From Psammoneis japonica (lineage: Eukaryota): a stretch of 64,000 nucleotides of DNA. Numbering within the stretch: the stretch's first letter is position 1; each line of letters starts with the position of its first letter. The notes beneath the pieces were generated by a model. The model had not been told where the DNA came from. It did not search any database and worked only from the letters and a program-made list of their open reading frames with translations. The stretch covers positions 1 to 64,000 of the forward strand of contig QPGO01000089.1 in assembly GCA_008632985.1 (NCBI GenBank), in the 5' to 3' direction. This document shows positions 1 to 14,613 of the stretch, in pieces. The translations under genes and the position numbers were made by a program.

Positions 1-1743
1 CGGGTCCAAAAGGCAATCAACGTCATCATCGTCGTCGTCATGATCACGCAGGTGGCACATTTTTGTGAGAATGTGACCTGTTGAAATGTTGCCAAACTTT
101 TCTTTCGTGACTAGCTGAGAATGTTGATTGCCCTCGAAACCGCGCCCAAGGGCTTCCCATTCATCCAGGATGTGCAGGGAATCAGCGGCTTCCGGTGCAC
201 AATCCTCGTCTGAAACGTTGCCATCGGCGGGGTGTCCAGTGGCTTCAACATCCTGGTCCAACATGTCCTCAATCTGGCCATCGTTTGGCTGAGCGGGCAG
301 AATGGACGAATCGTGGTTTCCCCGGTTCGTTCTTCCTGCATCATTTCTTCACTTGTGTGGCAGCAGAATCAAGTTTCAAGAGAAAAGACACGTCTTTGTC
401 GGGCAAAATGTTGGCTCCAAAGTCAATGAAGAACAGGCTTTTTTCTGCGTTTTTGATTGCTTTTGCATCAAGGACATTTGCAGCACATTTGAGCAAGTCG
501 GTCATGTGCTGCACACACTTGTTGTGCGTGTCTGCTGCGTTGGTTGCTGTTGCGCCCACCTCAATGCACGAGATGTGCTCGCCACTGCCACTGTGTGACG
601 TCTTTGTCCCCACTGCTTGTGCGGTGAGGAGGCAGTTCTCCTTCAAATCCTTTGCGGCCGCCAGCAAATCAGCGGCAGAAAAATGCTTTTTGCGATCAAA
701 CCCCGTTTCCATGTGATTCCAAATGCCCTCTGCCGCTGTCCAACCCACGTCCTCCGATGCAATCTTGGTCAAAACCTCAAACACAGCAGAGAAGTAAAAT
801 TGCGCAAAATGTCCCCTGATTTTGTTGTGAGAACCAAGCCTTTTCATTCTTTTGTTGTTGTCCCTGTGCTTGCTTTCGGGTGCTTCGAATGGGGAAAAAT
901 CCGACAGCTGCTTTCGGACAATTCTCTGCCAAATTGTTTGTTGTTCTGTTTCCTCACCGACTTTGTCTTCAGGAGGAAAAAGAGCTGAACAACTTTCCAA
1001 ACGTTTGCAGTGCTTTCTGGCAAGGTTCAGGCAAACATTCAGAGCAGCAATCAGCTCGTCTGTGAAGTGAGGCTTGTCTGGAACGCAGTGACAGCCGACA
1101 TGGTGAAGACAGATGAAGATGTCGACTCCAGCATGAGCGGTCTTGACAATGCCCAATTGAATGTGGGGCAGGTCAGACAGAGGAACCTGCTTGGGAACCA
1201 AGCCCCTGACACGAACTGGCAAGTCTCCAGGCTCTCCATGAACAGCAAAACGCCCTTTGCTGTTGACCTTCAGCCTGTCTGTGAGGGAATTCAAATGCAA
1301 CTCTGCATGAACACCCTTGCAAACCACCTGCATGAACTTGGTGGCATCGACACTCGCGCCGTAGATGGAACCTGCGTGTTTGTGTAAAAAAATGATGTCG
1401 CCAGCTCTCAATTTTCTGCACGGAAACAGCTCCGTGACAGTGTCAATCTCCTCGTCCGCAGTGATTGTCCGATGCTCCGGCAGTTCGATTGGACCGCCTT
1501 GCAATCGTTTGCATTCTGCAACCATTTGTTCAAATGCGAGCCTCTTTGCCTCCTCATCATTTGAAGCATGTCATAGATCGTTGTCGAAACAAATTTTTCC
1601 ATGGTGGTGACATGTCACACTTTTGGATCATGGACATGACAAGATCGCAGCGGGTTGGTTTGTCCATCTTGAAACAGGAAACAGATGCGGGCACGCATCT
1701 GTTTGTCGAATGGGAAGGTCCGGCTTCTGGTTGGCCAAGTTGA
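1..1743 (-). pseudogene. Degenerate ORF of unknown function (core frame 341..1525), divergent from the large + strand ORF; probably transposon cargo
   Basis: 394-aa open frame with protein-like composition, very low Tyr and high Cys/His; no recognisable domain; outer limits approximate. Confidence 0.45.
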
Positions 1744-1979
1744 CATTAAAAAAAAAAGCAGTCAGCAGGGGGCCCGAAATCGATGCGATCCCACATCGAT
1801 GTGGTCTCAGGCGAAATTTTCATTGCATCGAATCGGAGAGGACATCAGTCACACAGCAAAGGAAACCAATGCGTCGCTCAACGGAAAAGTGATGACGCGC
1901 GCATTTGTCAATTAACGAATCAAATCACAGTTCACGCGGGTTGCGTCCATCACGCGGGAAAAAGGCAACAAACGCGAAC

Positions 1980-4900
1980 AAAACAACGAAAACGAAACAC
2001 AAAAAGAAGACACAACACCATGAACGTGCCGAGCTCGTCGCTCACAGCACAAGACGATCCCGGCGGCAACTGTCATTGTGCACCAACAGGCATAACTGTG
2101 AAAACTTGCTGCAGGGGGGAGGACGGTGCCGATTGGGTGTTTGTGGATGCCTTGCCTTGCAAGTTTAAAGAAAACGAGGAAAAAGGGGGCACTCACAACG
2201 AAGTCTGCGACTGGTGGAAGGAGGACAATTGCCATGGCATTCGTTTGCGGTTCAACAAGAAATGGGTGGCCAAGGGCAAAAATGCCAAACTGAAATGGTG
2301 AGCATGCGTTGATTCCCGGTTCCTGGTTCCATTGTTGAAGTTTGTGACCGTGCGTCACTGCACCCGGCATTGTAAAAGCATCTGTCCGACGTTGCGTGTT
2401 GCGCGAGATGGAGACGATGCCGTCTCCATTTCACACGGTCTGTCCGTCACCAAGTTTGTTTGGAAAAATTGACACGTGCCCGCACCGACCATGCACCGGC
2501 GTGAGGATGTCTGTCTGACACAGCGTGTTGTGCAAAATGGAGACGACGCCATCTCTGTTTCTCACCAGGGCGACAAGAGTCACTGAACGACAATTTGACC
2601 TTTTTTCCCTTGTGCAACCAACAGCAAACAGGCGTTGAGATTCCACGCAGCCGTCAGCGAGGACGACAGGGAAATGATGAAAGACCCAATCGGCGAAGAA
2701 CGTGCAATTGGAAATTTGGTGGGAACCTTGATGTTGCGAGAGATGGGCAGTCCTGGGTGTGTGGCAGCAGCCCACAACAAAATCACACCGATTGATGAAG
2801 AATTGACAGTGGAGCAGGTGCACACCATTTTCAGGGTCATTTGTGGCAAAGTGATCGTGAAGGACGCAACAGTGCCAAAGAATCCGATGGGGGATGTGAG
2901 ATCAGATGACGAGTGCTTCAAGAAATTGGAGCCACCGTCATGTCCCCTGTCGAAAGGTGTCCCCTGCAAACTGAAGGAATTCACCAACAAAGATTGGGAA
3001 AAACTGATGAACAAACGAAAGAACAACAGAGAAAAGGGGGCAGACATGGGAGATCACTTTGACAGGGTCAACGCAAACGTCAGTCCGGTGGTCATCTCTC
3101 TGTTCGCGGGGGTGACTTGTGCAAGAAACCGCGATGTTGCAGCCATGTGTCCTCTCAGTCAACCAGATGTCAACCAAAGGCATGCCAACAACGAAAAGAT
3201 CTACAACCCAGATTACAACCCGCTGGCGCCAGTCTCCGACAAGAACCGTGTGGGGACTTTGCAGAGTGCGCATGGGCTTTCCAGCAAATCATTCAACATT
3301 GTGCCGCACACAGTGACGCCCCACGTGGTCACACACGAAAATGCAAAATTTGGAAAGGTGCTTCCGGCATGTGAGCTCTGCCGTGATTGCAGCAAACCAA
3401 GTTCGAGCAATGCCAGCGCATCCTTTGTCACCAAGGAATGCGCACTCGGGCTGTTTGCATTGCTCACACACGCCAAGATGGAGGGCGACAATGCGGACAC
3501 AAGGGTGCAATTGATGAATGTGAAAGACAACTGGAACAGTCGGCAGAAGGGACTTTTCCTGACATGCACACTTCATGTGCTTTTGGATCAACAATGCAAT
3601 TCTTTGAGGAAGATGGCAAATTTTGAATCCTTGCACAAAAGATTGCAAAACATCTTGTGCCAAACTTTTGTCATTCAAAACGCAAATTTCGCCCCTTTCG
3701 TGCACCACAAGAACAAGACGACATGCAACAAATCTGTTCTCATGTTGGAGCGCAAGCTGATGTTGCAAGCAATTGCAGCCATTCGGAACTCCTTCCTTGA
3801 TGGACAGTGCCGAGTGTTGGGCGTTGACCTGGCGCTGATGCAGATGTTTCCCCCAAGGCAATTCAGTGAGTTGTTGGGGAAAAAATTGAATTGTGAAGAA
3901 CAAGCACTCATGGACAGGATGTCAAAGAGAGCACCATTGGCGATGTTGTCTCCGTGCGTTGAAGAAAACTCCAAACCGCACATCAAGCATGAATTGTTTG
4001 GGGAAAGAAGTTTGTTCCTTTGCAAAAGATGCAGCGAGGTCATCCAAGCCGACACCACATCGGGTTCAAGGCAAAGCTTTGGGGACGTTTCAATCAGTTT
4101 GCTCGACGACGCGCAACTGAGCACGCACAAATGGATGTTGGGTGAGCTGCGATGCAGGAAGGTGGTCGCAGACGAGGAGGCGATGCAGCCGAAGGAGAAA
4201 GGCAGTGACGGCGTCAAGCACATCGAAGCGCACGAAAAACTTGGGAAAATGGTGCTCAAGCATCTGTTCACTTCCGATTGCGAATCTGTAAAGGCCGTGG
4301 TTCAAAAGGCAAGGGAGGACACCAACAGGAACCTCGGGCTGGGTGGTGATGTCGACGAAGCAGGAAAGTTCGCCGATGCAATGACCCAAACCTCACGTGA
4401 AAGGAAATGTCCCGGGTTGCACAACAGCACAAAGCCGACGAGAGAAAGGGCCGGCATTTCCGGACTGATGATGTTGTTCACGAATTTTTTTTTGACAGCC
4501 AGTCCGCTGAAATGTTGAAACAAGTCATTGGAAGATCCTGCCAATCTGAACCCACCCTGCTGGAGGGATTGCGATTTTCGTTTGCGACGGAATTGGGAGA
4601 AGGAGAAGATGGAAAAGTCCTTCGCGACTGCACAGTGCTGAACAATTTGGCTGAAAACGTGCAGGGAGAGGTGATGGGCCTGTCAACGGAGTTCCTGAAG
4701 GCGGAAACCACTGACAATGATGGACACACGGTGAGACAATTCCTTGCTTTGGGATCCCACCATGATTTCATTCTCAAGAAACGGTGCTTGACATTTGCTC
4801 AATCACTCCTTTCCCGCAACATTGCAGGGAACGAAAAGGGGCAAATTACATTCGGTGAGTGTCAGAGCAACAGAAACACATGACAAGTGAAAACCGCGAA

Positions 4901-7760
4901 TTGTTTGGTCGTGTGCCTGATGACTAAATTTTTTTTCTTTTCTTTTTGAAGGGAATTTTTGCAAATCTCAACGAAACCGATGTTTCCAAGAGCAGTTTGC
5001 CCAAAGCCGCACTGTGTGTCTTTGATGTTTGCATCAAAACACAGGTCATCCTTGGTTTGACGATGACAAAAATGGTGCAGTGCAGAAAAGGGAGGTGGGC
5101 CGACAAAAACCTGCATCCAAAGATGCTGGCCGGTGCCGGAAAGGCAACAATGGAGGCATTTTGTCACTTCGGAGATGTGATCCCCGTCAACAAATGTTGG
5201 TTGGATGCTGGTGCAGAAAATCACAAAACGTTTCTTTTTGAGGCAATGCTTCCCGAAGAAACGTCTGGTCTCGACGATGACGAACAGGAGGCATTGAGCG
5301 AGGAGCCCTTTCATGAATTGATGTTTCGCGATGACACAAACTGTCCAGAGAAAGTCACAAACATGCCTCAGATGGTTGCGTTCATTTGCAAATGGTTGAC
5401 AAAGAAGAAGAGCCTCAAGCTGCTCTCTCTGATCAAACACCTGGAAGAGCCAGGGAACATTGTGGCCAATGAGGCAAACCAGAAAACAGTCTCCACCGAA
5501 GACTTTGTTCCCAAATTTGAAATCGATCCAGTCGAGAAGGGCAGCGGTGAGTGTGACTGAGAAATCGATGCCACGTCGTCTCTGTGTCGCACGGTCTGTC
5601 CTTGTTGGCTTTGATTCTGCGGAATCGACACGGGCATTGTGCCGATTTGGTGTTGTCTGTCTGTGCATCGGATTGTTTGCAGGATCGGAACACCAATGTG
5701 TCTGTTTTGCGGTCCCCGTCCAACCTGTTTGGTGATTGTTTCCACGCAGGAAATGCAAAGCATGCCAAGTTAACCTTGAAGGAATTGATTGAGGAGATTT
5801 GCATGGCAGGCATGAGCGATGTGTACGATGTGGCAGTTTCAGACGAAGTCGAGCTCAACCACCAAAGGCTGAAGAAATGGTTGGAAGAACCAAACAAGAG
5901 ACTCATTGAGGTGGTGGGGAAATCGAAACAGAGCAAGAAAAGGAAACGGGACGATGAGGACGAGCCCGACGAAGAAACTGCTGCAAAACCTGCCGCGAAA
6001 AGAAAATGCAAGAGAATGAAGTGGAGCAAGAATTCCGAGATGCACAAGTCCGTCAGTGGCGCATTGGACAACACCCTGGACACAGACGACAGCCGACAGG
6101 AGGCTTTCGTGAAGTTGCAACAAGAGTGCGTTAGGACCTGTCAAACACAGGCAGCTCTTGGAACAGCCACCTGCCACCTGCAAAGCAACTCTAATCTGAC
6201 AGCGAAGGATGTGAAGGAACAGATTCACTTCAGAGGATTGAACAGCAAAGACAAGGAGGACACTTTTGCACCTGAAGAGCAGGAATCGGAGCAGACATTC
6301 AGAGTCACCTGCAAAAACTACGAAGATGCGATGAACCGAACGCGTGGCACATCTCCAAGGGTTGTCAACTGCCGGAATTTCCAAGCTCTTTTTGATGAAG
6401 ACACAGAGACAAAGAAACGATTTGAGCACGAGTGCGACTTGATTCACAAGAACTTCAGCAAGGCAATGCCATGGGCGTGCAACAACACAATGCGCAATGG
6501 ATTCAAGAAGGAAAGACTGGAGGACAAGGACAAAATGAGAAAGACGATTTTGGAAGACAGAATGAAGGAAGAGAGCGAGAAAAGGAAGGCGAAAAAGAAA
6601 AAAAAGCAGGCAAAGAAGGACGAAGCGGCGCAAGCAGAGGTCACAGCGGAGGGACAACAAGGGGGAGACGACGATGAAGGGATGATGGACACCACCTTGG
6701 CAGACCTGCGGCACCAAGATGGGAGCACACAACAAGTGGGCGACGATGCAGCCGGCAAGCCCACAGTGGAACATGACAAGGAAGCGGATGAGGAAGAGGA
6801 GAAGGAGGAGGAGGCACCAGAGCAGAAGGATGAGGAGGAATCAAGCGACAACAACGACAATGATGACGATGACAAAGATGGAGATCACACCCCAGACAAA
6901 GACGGAGATGGCACAAACCCTCAAGATGAAGAAGAAAAGAAAGATCGTTCAGATGAGGGGGGCGATGGAGGCACTGGCCAGTCGCCAGATGACAAAGCGA
7001 CTTCTGACAGAGACGGAATGTCAGAGGAGAACGACCATCAACAGGGGGGGCAAGGAAATGACAAAGCAGATGAAGAGGAACCGTCTGCTGCAAACCCTGA
7101 GCAACAGGTGGAAGAGGACGAACAAAACATGGATTTTGCTGGGAGTGACGCAGATTCGAAAGACGAACCCCTTGCAAGCGGGAGCAACAGCGACAGCAGT
7201 TGCCCCGTCCTGAATCAAATCAACCAAGAGCCACGTTCCGCTGCAAGGAAAAGACAGCGGAGAAGGGATCTGGTCTCCTCATCCTCTGAATCATCCTCTG
7301 AATCAGAGATTGACGCAGCAGATGATGACGACCCTTCAAGTGCTGTGGCTGCTGCCAAAGTTTCAGCCAAGATGAAAACCCCGTCAACAGTGTCTGAACC
7401 ACCAAACAAGCATGGGAGCAAAAGAGTTTTTTTGGAGAACTCCGGATCGTGAGACAAAAACAGATGCAAAGAAACGCAGGGCAAAGGCGCTGGCCGAAAT
7501 GGAGGAAAGAAAGGAACAGGCAAGGAGGAAGAGAATTGAGGCAGACAAGAAAAGGGGGGGGAAGGCGGCTGCGAGAGCGACGGCAATGGAGGCAAAGAGA
7601 AAGGAAATGGAAAAAATGAAGAACGCCAGCAAGCCAAAGAAGGACACGCCGCCGACAGGAAGAATGACGGCAGAACAACCCCCACCCATCCAAACGAATT
7701 CGTCAAAGAAAAAAAAACGTGCAACTGCCCACGGAACAAAAAACAACAAAAATGAAGTTT
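1980..7760 (+). pseudogene. Large fragmented ORF of unknown function with acidic and Lys-rich C-terminal region (copy A)
   Basis: Consecutive + frames 2635..4518, 4407..4883, 4946..5560, 5584..7452, 7412..7963; several breaks are absent in the duplicate copy, implying one ancestral gene. Confidence 0.6.
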
Positions 7761-8165
7761 GGGCAGTTGGGCACATGCATCGACCACGAAAATGTGTGCG
7801 GGGAGCATCGCAGTCTCAAAATTGCTGCATTGCTGTGAATCCCGCAACATTCATTGTCCACTTTTTGTCCCCCAGGTTTGTGGCGATTTTAGCATTCAGT
7901 TGCTTGTTTTGGGTGTTGCTTGCAGTCACGCTGTTGGTCACAACATGTGAAAACGATGCTTGACTGATTCGATGTGTGCAACGACTTGTCCTGAGTTCGA
8001 CTGTGGATGAGAAATAGACACGGGTGCGTGTCGATTTGGCATGGTCTGTCCTTCAACCGTGGCCACTTGGCATCGATCAGGTGGGGTCTGTCATTCCACC
8101 AGAAGCGTTTCCTGCCACCTCATGACCCAAACCCAAACCCTTCCATCCCAAATGCACCACATGTG
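2491..8165 (+). repeat. 5.7-kb tandem duplication, unit A
   Basis: atgcaccggcgtgaggatgtctgtc at 2491 recurs at 8166; colinear near-identity over the whole unit. Confidence 0.95.
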
Positions 8166-11100
8166 ATGCACCGGCGTGAGGATGTCTGTCTGACACAGCG
8201 TGTTGTGCAAAATGGAGACGACGCCGTCTCTGTTTCTCACCAGGGCGACAAGAGTTGCCAAACGACATTTTGACCTTTTTTCCCTTGTGTGACCAACAGC
8301 AAACATGCGTTGAGATTCCACGCAGCCGTCAGCGAGGATGACAGGGAAATGATGAAAGACCCAATCGGCGAAGAATGTGCAATTGCAAACTTGGTGGGAA
8401 CCTTGATGTTGTGAGAGATGGGCAGTCCTGGGTGTGTGGCAGCAGCCCACAACAAAATCACACCGATTGATGAAGAATTGACAGTGGAGCAGGTGCACAC
8501 CATTTTCAGGGTCATTTGTGGCAAAGTGATCGTGAAGGACGCAACAGTGCCAAAGAATCCGATGGGGGATGTGAGATCAGATGACGAGTGCTTCAAGAAA
8601 TTGGAGCCACCGTCATGTCCCCTGTCGAAAGGTGTCCCCTACAAACTGAAGGAATTCACCAACGAAGATTGGGAAAAACTGATGAACAAACAAAAGAACA
8701 ACAGAGAAAAGGGGGCAGACATGGGAGATTGCTTCGACAGGGTCAACGCAAATGTCAGTCCGGTGGTCATCTCTCTGTTCGCGGGGGTGACTTGTGCAAG
8801 AAACCGCGATGTTGCAGCCATGTGTCCTCTCAGTCAACCAGATGTCAACCAAAGGCATGCCAACAACGAAAAGATCTACAACCCAGATTACAACCTGCTG
8901 GCACCAGTCTCCGACAAGAACCGTGTGGGGACTTTGCAGAGTGCGCATGGGCTTTCCAGCAAATCATCCAACATTGTGCCGCACACAGTGACGCCCTGCG
9001 CGGTCACACATGAAACTGCAAAATTTGGAAAGGTGCTTCCGGCTCATGAGCTCTGCCGTGATTGCAGCGAACCAAGTTCGAGCAATGCCGGCGCATCCTT
9101 TGTCACCGAGGAATGCGCACTCGGGCTGTTTGCATTGCTCACACACGCCAAGATGGAGGGCGACAATGCAGACACAAGGGTGCAATTGATGAATGTGAAA
9201 GACAACTGGAACAGTCGGCAGAAGGGACTTTTCCTGACATGCACACTTCATGTGCTTTTGGATCAACAATGCAATTCTTTGAGGAAGATGGCAAATTTTG
9301 AATCCTTGCACAAAAGATTGCGAAACATCTTGTGCCGAACTTTTGTCATTCAAAACGCAAATTTCGCCCCTTTCACACACTGCAAGAACAAGACGACACG
9401 CAACAAATCTGTTCTCATGTTGGAACGCAAGCTGATGTCACAAGCAATTGCAGCCATTCGGAACTCCTTCCTCAATGGACAGTGCCGAGTGTTGGGCGTT
9501 AACCTGGCACTGATGCAGATGTTTCCCCCAAGGCAATTCAGTGAGTTGTTGGGGAAAAAATTGAATTGTGAAGAACAAGCACTCATGGACAGGATGTCGA
9601 AGAGAGCGCCATTGGCGATGTTGTCTCCGTGCGTTGAAGAAAACTCCAAACCGCACATCAAGCATGAATTGTTTGGGGAAAGAAGTTTGTTCCTTTGCAA
9701 AAGATGCAGCGAGGTCATCCAAGCCGACACCACATCGGGTTCAAGGCGAAGCTTTGAGGACGTTTCAATCAGTTTGCTCGACGACGCACAACTGAACACG
9801 CACAAATGGATGTTGGGTGAGCTGCGATGCAGGAAGGTGGTCGCAGACGAGGAGGCGATGCAACCGAAGGAGAAAGGCAGTGACGGCGTCAAGCACATCG
9901 AAGCGCACGAAAAACTTGGGAAAATGGTGCTCAAGCATCTGCTCACTTCCGATTGCGAATCTGCAAAGGCCGTGGTTCAAAAGGCAAGGGAGGACACCAA
10001 CAGGAACCTCGGGCTGGGTGGTGATGTCGACGAAGCAGGAAAGTTTGCCAATGCAATGACCCAAACCTCACGTGAAAGGAAATGTCCCGGGTTGTGCAAC
10101 AGCACAAAGCCGACGAGAGAAAGGGCCGGCATTGCCGGACCAATGATGTTGTTCACGAATTTTGTTTTTGACAGCCAGTCCGCTGAAATGCTGAAACAAG
10201 TCATTAGAAGATCCTGCCAATCTGAACCCACCCTGCTGGAGGGATTGCGATTTTCGTTTGCGACAGAATTGGGAGAAGGAGAAGACGAGTGCTGAACAAT
10301 TTGGCTGAAAACGTGCAGGGAGAGGTGATGGGCCTGTCAACGGAGTTCCTGAAGGCGGAAACCGCTGACAATGATGGACACATGGTGAGACAATTCCTTG
10401 CTTTGGGATCCCACCATGATTTCATTCTCAAGAAACGGTGCTTGACATTTGCTCAATCACTCCTTTCCTGCAACATTGCAGGGAACGAAAAGGGGCAAAT
10501 TGTGTTCGGTGAGTGTCAGAGCAACGGAAACACATGACAAGTGAAAACCGCGAATTGTTTGGTTGTGTGCCTGATGACCAAATTTTTTTTCTTTTCTTTT
10601 TGAAGGGAATTTTTGCAAATCTCAATGAAACCAATGTTTCCAAGAGCGGTTTGCCCAAAGCCGCACTGTGTGTCTTTGATGTTTGCATCAAAACACAGGT
10701 CATCCTTGGTTTGACGATGACAAAAATGGTGCAGTGCGGAAAAGGGAGGTGGACCGACAAAAACCTGCATCCAAAGATGCTGGCCGGTGCCGGAAAGGCA
10801 ACAATGGAGGCATTTTGTCACTTCGGAGATGTGATCCCCGTCAACAAATGTTGGTTGGATGCTGGTGTAGAAAATCACAAAACGTTTCTTTTCGAGGCAA
10901 TGCTTCCCGAAGAAACGTCTGGTCTCGACGATGACGAACAGGAGGCATTGAGCGAGGAGCCCTTTCATGAATTGATGTTTTGCGATGACACAAACTGTCC
11001 AGAGAAAGTCACAAACATGCCTCAGATGGTTGCGTTCATTTGTGAATGGTTGACAAAGAAGAAGAGCCTCAAACTGCTCTCTCTGATCGAACACCTGGAA

Positions 11101-13810
11101 GAGCCAGGGAACATTGTGGCCAACGAGGCAAACCAGAAAACAGTCTCCACCAAAGACTTTGTTCCCAAATTTGAAATCGATCCAGTCGAGAAGGGCAGCG
11201 GTGAGTGTGACCGAGAAATCGACACCACGTCGTCTCTGTGTCGCACGGTCTGTCCTCGTTGGCTTCGATTCTGCGGAATCGACACGCCATTGCACCGATT
11301 TGGTGTTGTCTGTCTGTGCATCGGATTGTTTGCAGGATCGTAACACCAATGTGTCTATTTTGCGGTCCCCGTCTAACCTGTTTGGTGATTGTTTCCACGC
11401 AGGAAATGCAAAGCATGCCAAGTTAACCTTGAAGGAATTGATTGAGGAGATTTGCATGGCAGGCATGAGCGATGTGTGCGATGTGGCAGTTTCAGACGGA
11501 GTCGAGCTCAACCACCAAAGGCTGAAGAAATGGTTGGAAGAACCAAACAAGAGACTCATTGAGGTGGTGGGGAAATCGAAACAGAGCAAGAAAAGGAAAC
11601 GGGATGATGAGGATGAGCCCGATGAAGAAACTGCTGCAAAACCTGCCGCGAAAAGAAAACGCAAGAGAATGAAGTGGAGCAAGAATTCCGAGATGTGCAA
11701 GTCCGTCAGTGGTGCATTGGACAACACCCTGGACGCAGACGACAGCCGACAGGAGGCTTTCGTGAAGTTGCAACAAGAGTGCGTTGGGACCTGTCAAACA
11801 CAGGCGGCTCTTGGAACAGCTGTCTGCTGCCTGCAAAGCAACTCTAATCTGACAGTGAAGGATGTGAAGGAACAGATTCACTTCAGAGGATTGAACAGCA
11901 AAGACGAGGAGGACACTTTTGCACCTGAAGAGCAGGATCGGAGCAGACATTCGGAGTCACCTGTGAAAACTACGAAGATGCGATGAACCGAACGCGTGGC
12001 ACATCCCAAGGGTTGTCAACTGCCGGAATTTCCAAGCTCTTTTTGATGAAGACACAGAGACAAAGAAACGATTTGAGCACGAGCGCGACTTGATTCACAA
12101 GAACTTCAGCAAGGCAATGCCATGGGCGTGCGACAACACAATGCGCAATGGATTCAAGAAGGAAAGACTGGAGAACGAGGACAAAATGAGAAAGACGATT
12201 TTGGAAGACAGAATGAAGGAAGAGAGCAAGAAAAGGAAGGCGAAAAAGAAAAAAAAGCAGGCAAAGAAGGACGAAGCGGCGCAAGCAGAGGTCACAGCGG
12301 AGGGGCAACAAGGGGGAGACGACGACGAAGGGATGATGGACACCACCTTGGCAGACCTGCGGCGCCAAGATGGGAGCACACAACAAGTGGGCGACGATGC
12401 AGCCGGCAAGCCCACAGTGGAACATGACAAGGAAGCGGATGAGGAAGAGGAGAAGGAGGAGGAGGCACCAGAGCAGAAGGATGAGGAGGAATCAAGCGAC
12501 AACAACGACAATGATGACGATGACAAAGATGGAGATCACACCCCAGACAAAGACGGAGATGGCACAAACCCTCAAGATGAAGAAGAAAAGAAAGATCGTT
12601 CAGATGAGGGGGGCGATGGAGGCACCGGCCAGTCGCCAGATGACAAAGCGACTTCTGACAGAGACGGAATGTCAGAGGAGAACGACCATCAACAGGGGGG
12701 GCAAGGAAATGACAAAGCAGATGAAGAGGAACCGTCTGCTGCAAACCCTGAGCAACAGGTGGAAGAGGATGAACAAAACATGGATTTTGCTGGGAGCGAT
12801 GCAGATTCGAACAATGAACCCCTTGCAAGCGGGAGTGACAGCGACAGCAGTTGCCCCGTCCTGAATCGAATCAACCAAGAGCCACGTTCCACTGCAAGGA
12901 AAAGACAGCAGAGAAGGGATCTGGTCTCCTCATCCTCTGAATCATCCTCTGAATCGGAGATTGACGCAGCAGATGATGACGACCCTTCAAGTGCTGTGGC
13001 TGCTGCCAAAGTTTCAGCCAAGATGAAAACCCCGTCAAAAGTGTCTGAACCACAAACAAGCATGTGAGCAAAAGAGTTTTTCGGAGAACTCCGGATCGTG
13101 AGACAAAAACAGACGCAAAGAAATGCAGGGCAAAGGCGCTGGCCGAAATGGAGGAAAGAAAGGAACAGGCAAGGAGGAAGAGAATTGAGGCAGACAAGAA
13201 AAGGGGGGGGAAGGCGGCTGCGAGAGCAACGGCAATGGAGGCAAAGAGAAAGGAAATGGAAAAAATGAAGAACGCCAGCAAGCCAAAGAAGGACACGCCG
13301 CCGACAGGAAGAATGACGGCAGAACAACCCCCACCCATCCAAACGAATTCGTCAAAGAAAAAAAAACGTGCAACTGCCCGCGGAACAAAAAACAACAAAA
13401 ATGAAGTTTGGGCAGTTGGGCACATGCATCGACCACAAAAATGTGTGCGGGGAGCATCGCAGTCTCAAAATTGCTGCACTGCTGTGAATCCCGCAACGTT
13501 CATTGTCCACTTTTTGTTTTTAGGTTTGTGGCAATTTTAGCATTCAGTTGCTTGTTTTGGGTGTTGCTTGTAGTCATGCTGTTGGTCACAACATGTGAAA
13601 ACGATGCTTGACTGATTCGATGTGTGCAATGACTTGTCCTGAGTTTGACTGTGGATGAGAAATAGATGCGGGTGCGCATCGATTTGGCATGGTCTGTCCT
13701 TCAACCGTGGCCACTTGGCATCGATCAGGTGGGGTCTGTCATTCAACCGGAAGCGTTTCCTGCCACCTCACAACCCAAACACAAACCCTCCCATCCCAAA
13801 TGCACCACAC
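8166..13810 (+). repeat. 5.7-kb tandem duplication, unit B (pseudogene copy B)
   Basis: ORFs 8418..10295, 10513..11343, 11114..11986, 12090..13067 match those of unit A; ends at cccaaatgcaccacac, joined to copia gag. Confidence 0.95.
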
Positions 13811-14613
13811 ACAATGGTCGCACTGCCTTCTTTGCACTCAAGAGGCAGGCGGAAGGATCGGCTGCTGCCACCACCCAAAAAAACTGTGCCTGTGCACAGA
13901 TTGCTGCCGCAAAGTGCGCTGGATGGGGTTGTTCCACTTTCGACCAGCACGCTCAATGCCACCAGAAAGCTCACAACGACTTGCCCAAGCTTGATGAGCC
14001 GGCAGCCAAGACCAAGAAGGTCTCTGACTTTCTCAAGGGTGTCTCCGACCCTGGGTTGGAGACTGGCAAGAGTGCAGCAGATGGAGACCCAACAAAGCCA
14101 GTGGATTTCAAAGCATGCCAGCAGCGTGTGAAGACTCTGGCAGAAAATGCTGAGAACCGCAACGCTGATGCTTGCGGAATTGCACCCGTCCAACGCCGCA
14201 ACAACTGGTGCAGAAACCCTGGACGCAAGCACCAACCAAAAAAGGACAAGCCCAGGATCAGGGCAGGCCACTGTCCCGTTGAAGAGTGGAGTGCTCTTGA
14301 TGGTCCTGAGCAAGAGCAAGTCAAGAAGCTCTGTGAGGCCAAAAAAGCCAAGAAGAAATGCAAAGCAGCAGCTGCATCTTCAGAGGCTGAGTCGGTTGAT
14401 GTCAAAACTTGCGCTGTCAAAAAGGCGGCTGTTGCCAAGCCTGAACCCAAACCTGCTGATGAACAAAAGGACTCCAAAGAGTCGGGCAAACCTGCTGCCA
14501 ACGCAGGCAAGCAGCTCAGATGCAGCGCCCACAAGAAACCTCAGAAAGAGGCATGAACAGCTGCGCCAGCACCAAAAGGCACAGAGCCGACTGTTGCTGA
14601 ACCTGCTGGCACT

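Noticed and set aside
2491..13810. Diversity-generating retroelement (template/variable repeat with adenine mutagenesis)
   Set aside because: Changes are transitions on both strands over kilobases in both copies, not one-way A->N in a short repeat; the RTs present are LTR-type.
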